This document shows positions 57,061 to 64,000 of a stretch of 64,000 nucleotides of DNA, in pieces. This DNA comes from Chrysomallon squamiferum (taxonomy: Eukaryota; Animalia; Mollusca): assembly GCA_012295275.1 (NCBI GenBank), contig CM022668.1, positions 7,626,001 to 7,690,000 of the forward strand, in the 5' to 3' direction. The position numbers were made by a program, and so were the translations under genes. Positions within the stretch are counted from its first letter, which is position 1, and every line of letters starts with the position of its first letter. The notes under the pieces are model-generated. The model worked only from the letters and a program-made list of their open reading frames with translations, was not told the DNA's origin and did no database searches.

Positions 57061-58696
57061 TCACCATCACCTTGCTGAACCTACACTCACATTCCCCTTC
57101 TTCAAGGCTGGTTTGAACCGAGTTTGGCCCCATAAAATTTAATGAAAACTGAAAACCTTTGGTTAGCTGTTAATGCTCTCTTTGTTGTCTTGATCAGTTT
57201 TCTTTATTACTTTATTTACCTCACCACAAAGTTGTTACCTTGCACCACTTCCAAAATGAAGACAAGGCTGGTTTTACTTTTTTCATTCTCCCAAAGGAAA
57301 AGTGAGTTATTTTAAGGAAATTAAAAAATTAATATTTTAATTTAATATATTTTAAAAATAATGGAATAAATAATGAATTTGTACTGTAGCATTGTGAAAT
57401 AAATCTGTCTATTTATAGTTTAAATGTTCTGTAATTAAATAATTTACTTCTGAATTAAAATAAATTAATTAAATGAATGAATGGTTAATGACATTTCATT
57501 AAAAAAAAAAAAAAAAAAAATCTTTGAAAACCTCAGTTTTTGCAGGTCAGGGAAAAGATAAAGATATTTTTGGTTGACATTTTAACTAATAAATAAAACA
57601 GATTTCTTCTGATGAAAAAACATAAATAAAAAGGCCATCACTTAGAAAATTTCAAGAATAGTTTAGTAATTTTTCTATGATTGATTTCAGGTTATATAGA
57701 CAGACAGATAAACAGACAGCCAAACTGATAGACAACAGACAGACTGACAGACACACCCAGATTTATAGTTAAAGATAGAGGTTCACATAGATAATAAACA
57801 GACACACAAATAAATTAAGAAAAAACAAAAGTAAAATTTAGAATCAGAGAAAAAGAAACTGACACAATATGTACAGAGAAATACATAAGAAAGAAAATAA
57901 CAGAAAACTAAAAAAAAAAAAAAAAAATAATTAAGAACATTTCTTCTGCCGACTCAGCCTTTATATATAATTTACTTGCGTAAACACGTATTAATTTAAG
58001 GGAAAAAAAAAGAAAAGAAAGAAAGAAATAAGAAGAAAAAAGAAGATGAATCGAGATTGATGAAACAGCTCGAGTCTTTCTTCTTCTCTGGCAAGATGAT
58101 CAACAGTTTAAATTTCATTAGCAGCGAATGGCAAGTTCTGCAAACAGACATTTCAATCACTTCGTTTAGAGTTGTGAACTTATTATAACCACTTTTTCAA
58201 TATCCCATTTCTCTAATCAAACAGTTTATCAAATCAAAGGATTAAAAAAAAGAGCAACAGAGAGATATTTTAAACAGCCAAACAAACAGTGTTGAATCTG
58301 GGCCAGAGTTAACCCTTAATGAGTCAGGAGACAAGACTCAGGTTGTCAGTGTTTTTTATTTGTAAGTTGTTTCATTATTCAACACTTTTTCAGCAGACAC
58401 TTTTATTATATTATGTATGTCTTCTGTTAATCCTTTTTCAGCAAAGGCATTAGTGCAAGTGATGATTTTACTATTATAAAATTTTATTTTAGTTAATATT
58501 GTTTGTTTGTTCATTGAGAAAAAAGATATTAATATGTGACAATTTATCGTCTTGATTTTTAACTCTTTAGCAGTTATGTTGATAAAAATATAGCTACGTT
58601 TTGTATTCTTTTATAACTTTTAGTCCTTTATCAGCAAAATCTACAATTAAAAACTGTTTTATACTTTCACTGATTTTAGAGAGAGAGAGAGACAGA

Positions 58697-58728
<32 letters not shown>

Positions 58729-60681
58729 ATAGCACAATGAGACAGAGAGGAAGACAGAAACAATGTGATGTACAAAAAGAAAATGAGAAATAGAGAAACA
58801 GACAGAGGGAGAAAAAGAGAGAAAAGAGAGAGAGAAAGAGAGTTAATTAGATATTATTTCTCAAAGTTGGAGACATTCACCACTGAAAAATACAAAAACA
58901 TATATCACAGTCACAATTTATTCTTTAAAACTGTCTTTCCAAGAATAAAGAAAATATTTCTTTTTACAGTGAATATTGAAAGAAAATAAAAAATGAATCT
59001 AAAGCTGATTCTAAGCTGTGACATTTCTTCTACTGAAACTAATCTGTCATAATTCAGTTGTCATTCTTGCTTTCTGGAGCAGAATTTTGTTGAGAAAATT
59101 AGATTTCTGGGGTAGAGAAATACATCATTCTGTAATCATTTTAGTAAACAAGATGTCACAAACATTTGATACATTGCAAATAGAACTTGAGGAAATAAAT
59201 AGTAAAATTAGAGAGATATTTTCAGTCACATCACATCCAAATCTGGAAATATTAAAAGATGATATGTAGAGTTTATGGTGCTCCAAAATAGTGGAGGAAT
59301 TAAGGTTGAAATAAAAAACTGAAAAATAAATATTTTGTATTTATGTGCTCTACAGAAAGTGGAGGAACTAAGATCGAAAAAAAAAGGTGAAAAACTGATA
59401 CTAAAATTAGATAGTGTTAGTGATGTTGCAGCAGAAAGGACGAAAAGGATAGAAATTGATAAGCAGAAAAAATAAATAAATAAAAAAACAATAATTATAA
59501 TAAAAATAATAATAATAATAACTGAAACAGTTTAATATATGAAGAAAGTAAGAAGGAGACAAAAAGAATGGAAGAAATAGAAAATAAACATACTGACAGA
59601 AAGTGTTTTTCAAGTTCTACTTTGGGTCACATCCGCACATTCTATGACGTCAGTCAAAAGTTTATTTAATAAACATGGACTACATTAGATAAAAACTGAT
59701 AATTCAAATATATATTTCTTGCTCACGATATCGTGGTACCACAGTGTACAATATAAAAAAACATAAAAATAGTTTTTATGAAAATCCCACACAAAAAGAG
59801 CTTTAAGAAAGTGATAAATTTTGTGATTTTCGTATGTTAAATACCCTTCCACAAAGATTAAAACTTTTAAATGAACTTAATTTAAAAATAAAATATATTA
59901 GGATCACACACACACACACACACAAAATAATAATAAATAAAATTAATAAATAAATAAATAAATAAAATAAAATAAAATCAATAAAATCAATAAATCAATA
60001 TGTGAAAAGTACATTTTAAATTTCTTTTATTGGCATAACAGCAGACAGAAAATTCACAACTGGATAAAATTTGGCGCCAAAACATTCTCGATCAATTGAG
60101 TAAACATCAACAAAAATGGCTGCCTACAGGAACCATGACCATTTGACATTTCAGTTACACGAGTTGAAATATTCTGATTACATCAGAGAACCAGCTCGTT
60201 TGTAGTTTATTGACCAATGTCTTGCAAACGTGCTCAAAATATTTACAAACATTTTGCGATCTGAAAGGAAGAGCAGTTCCTTCTTCTATAAAATATTGAC
60301 GTCGAGTGGCTATTTAAAGCTCAAGGACCGTAACTCTGACAGGACAGCTGAAAGAACATTCCAGAAAGATGTCTGAGACTTAATACGTGTCTGGGAAATG
60401 TTTGTAATAGTGGTATTTGTGTCCTGAACGAGACGGCTATACACAAAAAGAGACCGAGACATTCATGCTGCCCCCAGGCCAAATCTTGAACACAGCCAGG
60501 CTTATGAAAAATCTTTAAAACTTTTTATGTTTGTTCAAGCACTGGACACAGAAATTTGAGTTTTAAGAAAAACTAATAGTAATAAAAAAAGAAGAAGAAA
60601 GAAAGAAAACTGTATTACATATATTTGTTTTGTTGTTTTATTATTGTTGTTGGTGTTTTTGATGACAAGTATAGAAAAAAA

Positions 60682-60748
<67 letters not shown>

Positions 60749-61379
60749 GATTATTACCATAGTTATTATTTTTTAATTAATATTTATTTAATTACTATTA
60801 TTGTTATTACAGTTAGTATTGTACACGTACTATTTAATTCTAACATATCATCTACAAAACCAACTTAAACTTCATTTATATTTCAGTTGTCCATATCAAA
60901 CACATTTGTACATAATAGATCAAACACTGAGGCAACCTTGGGCTATTTTCCATTACAGCTATTATCTGTGGTTTAACAACAACGGCACTGCACTCCTGTT
61001 TGTAAGAAGGTGCATGTTACAGATAGCTTTCTGCTAAATGGGAAGAATAATTGACAGAACAGATTTCACCCCAGTAGAACCCATCAATTTACACAATGCT
61101 ATCTTTAAATATTTCTTCTTCTTAGATTTCACATCAAACTTAAATACCAGGTTTTTGTGCAAATGTGTTCTGAAAATTGATTTTGTGTCTCAACACAGGA
61201 GTAAAATGGATCTCCACAGAGCAGATTGCCTGGGACATTAATTATCTGGTAGAGATTCTTAATAGCTGGCTTGTGCACTCTTTGACATTGTGGGGGTAGT
61301 ACAGTGTGTAGTGTGTTAGCTGTGCATCAGTTTTACTTTATACTTTAATATGTGATTTCTAATCTGAATGAGTGTAAAT

Positions 61380-61380
<1 letters not shown>

Positions 61381-61432
<52 letters not shown>

Positions 61433-61638
61433 GTCTGTGTGTGTGTGTTCCAGCAAGTAAGAGAAAGTGTTTGTGAATGTGCAAGTTTGTGTGTATCTAT
61501 TTGGATGGACATACTTATGTGGATGTGCATATTTATATAAATTTCTCTGAGTGCGTGTATGTTTGTATGTTTGTGTTTGTGTGTATCTGTTCACATTTGT
61601 ATACATGGATCTTAATACAAGAAATTGTGCATTTATAC

Positions 61639-61694
<56 letters not shown>

Positions 61695-61751
61695 TTATAC
61701 ACACACGCACACACACACATACATGTGTATATATATATATATATATATATT

Positions 61752-61812
<61 letters not shown>
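61381..61812. repeat. (TG)n ... (TA)n (CA)n compound microsatellites
   Basis: Direct reading. Confidence 0.95.
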
Positions 61813-61818
<6 letters not shown>

Positions 61819-62234
61819 TTATAAATTTTTACATGATATATATTCCTCTCTCTTATTTCTACAATATTTAACTGGCCTACTTTTATCTATTGAGACTTAT
61901 TTTAGAACTGAGATGATTATGTGACCTGAACAAAATGTCCAGTGACAATTTCTGGACATCTGACCAATCAAGAGACAGGAAATTACCATTTTTCAGGTCG
62001 GAAATCAATTTAACACTGATAACGAATTGATTTGTGCCAGTTACAAACGATGTCATTTCCCTTCCCGTTTTGATGTGTATATTTGTTACATGACAGGTGA
62101 TTGGTTAATTTGGCACATGATACAGTTAACTGATTGGCTGTTAGTCAAAATGATTGGCTAGTTTAAGGATTATTCTTATTTATGGCTTATTAGTGCTTGA
62201 TTTTATTTCTTTTTTGCAGCTAATACAAGAAAAG

Positions 62235-62505
<271 letters not shown>

Positions 62506-63423
62506 CGTGTCTCTTCACATAGTTAAAAAAACATAATAAAATCTTTTTGTTTCTGTTTGTGAGAGAAACATCATTTTACAGCTATCAGCTACAAATGACA
62601 TCTAATTATTTAAATACAATCATCATCTTTAAAGGAAAATCTAAATCAGATAAAATTTATTTTTAATAGTGATGGCAAGAAGCATTTGTTAAAAATTCAA
62701 TAAATAATAATACAATAATAACAATTATGATGATCATGATCATGATGACCATGGTAATAAAATAATAATGCTGATAATTACCATCATCATGTTGATGATA
62801 ATAGTAATGATGATGATATTGGTATTAATAATATTGATGATGATAATGTTGATAATGATCATAATAATAATAATAATATAATGATAATAACAATAATACT
62901 AAGAAAGAGGGAAAGAATAACAATAATAAGAAATAAATAAAAAGTACAAAAGAAAAATATTCTATTGTGCCACAGAACCCATTAGGTCATACTGTCTCCT
63001 TTCTGTGTCTACAGTTTTATTAAATTTGGACGCACACGTCTAAGAATATCGCAATTGTTAGAAAACATTTTCTCTGACAAGAAGAACGAAATTTGTGTTT
63101 TGTGAACGTGACTTGTCAGGAGACAAATCTGTTATAAATATTCAGTCAAATGTGTCTGTCTGTCTGTGAGTTTCTGTCTCTGTAATATATCAATACATAT
63201 ACATGAGATTTCTATAGCTTGTTCACTGAAATATGAAAACTGTTTTTTTTTTCTCTCTTTCATGTACACTGATGTTGATAACAGTTTTCTAGTGTTTTAA
63301 TGAAAAGGAAGGTTTATGTGTACTAAACAATGCTTGTATTTGTATTTTTATCTGTGGTGACTGATTGAATTTAATGAAATTTGCCAGTTACAGAGATAGA
63401 GAGAGAGGTAGACAAAGAGAGAG

Positions 63424-63562
<139 letters not shown>

Positions 63563-64000
63563 TTGAGACAGAGAAAGAGAAACAGAGAGAGAGAGAGAGA
63601 CACCAATACTGATTAAGAAACAGGACAAAGAGAAATCAAGAGAGACTGAATGAGAAAGAGAGAGAAGCAGAGAGGACAGAAAGAGGGAAACAGACAACAA
63701 AAGAGAAACCAAAATAATTTCAAATGATGCTCCATGTTACGACAAAACTGATTAAAGACTTCAGACGGCTCTGCAGCATAAACACAAACATACTGAGTGT
63801 CATCCGACTGACATGGTCATTACTTCCAATCTTCCGTGACATTCTTTCTCCATGAATGAAATCTCGGAGGGAAGAAAACATTAGACATGGAGATGTGACC
63901 AGCTCCGTCCCTGGACACAAAACTAATTAATGGATTTGTCCTGCAGGATCAGCTCCGTGTTCTGATGTGCTGTGGATGTTTTATGGGCTCTAAATATGAG

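Overview
Eukaryotic, very AT-rich, CpG-poor DNA saturated with microsatellites and decayed tandem repeats. The texture suggests an invertebrate, possibly a cephalopod or other mollusc (inference only). Almost all ORFs in the track are repeat artefacts. The window reads best as the 5' part of one very large minus-strand gene. Two short ATG-initiated coding exons lie 36 kb apart (53317-53383 and 17490-17670). Both have a CAAAATG start context, both end in a related QYxI-G motif, and both end at a phase-1 GT donor, so they look like alternative first exons whose shared downstream exon lies left of the window. Their peptides resemble, from memory, N-terminal motifs of Ca2+/calmodulin-dependent phosphodiesterase PDE1. 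The most striking signal is two canonical recursive-splice (ratchet) sites on the same strand, at 49369 and 5239: branch point, pyrimidine tract, then CAG|GTAAGT. Each is followed 43-49 nt later by a second donor embedded in the same 14-nt sequence, GACAACTGTATGTA. Also present are a hAT-like MITE, a tRNA-derived SINE fragment, a ~380-bp fold-back palindrome, several minisatellites and clustered transcription-factor-like motifs. No rRNA, intact tRNA or CRISPR array was found.
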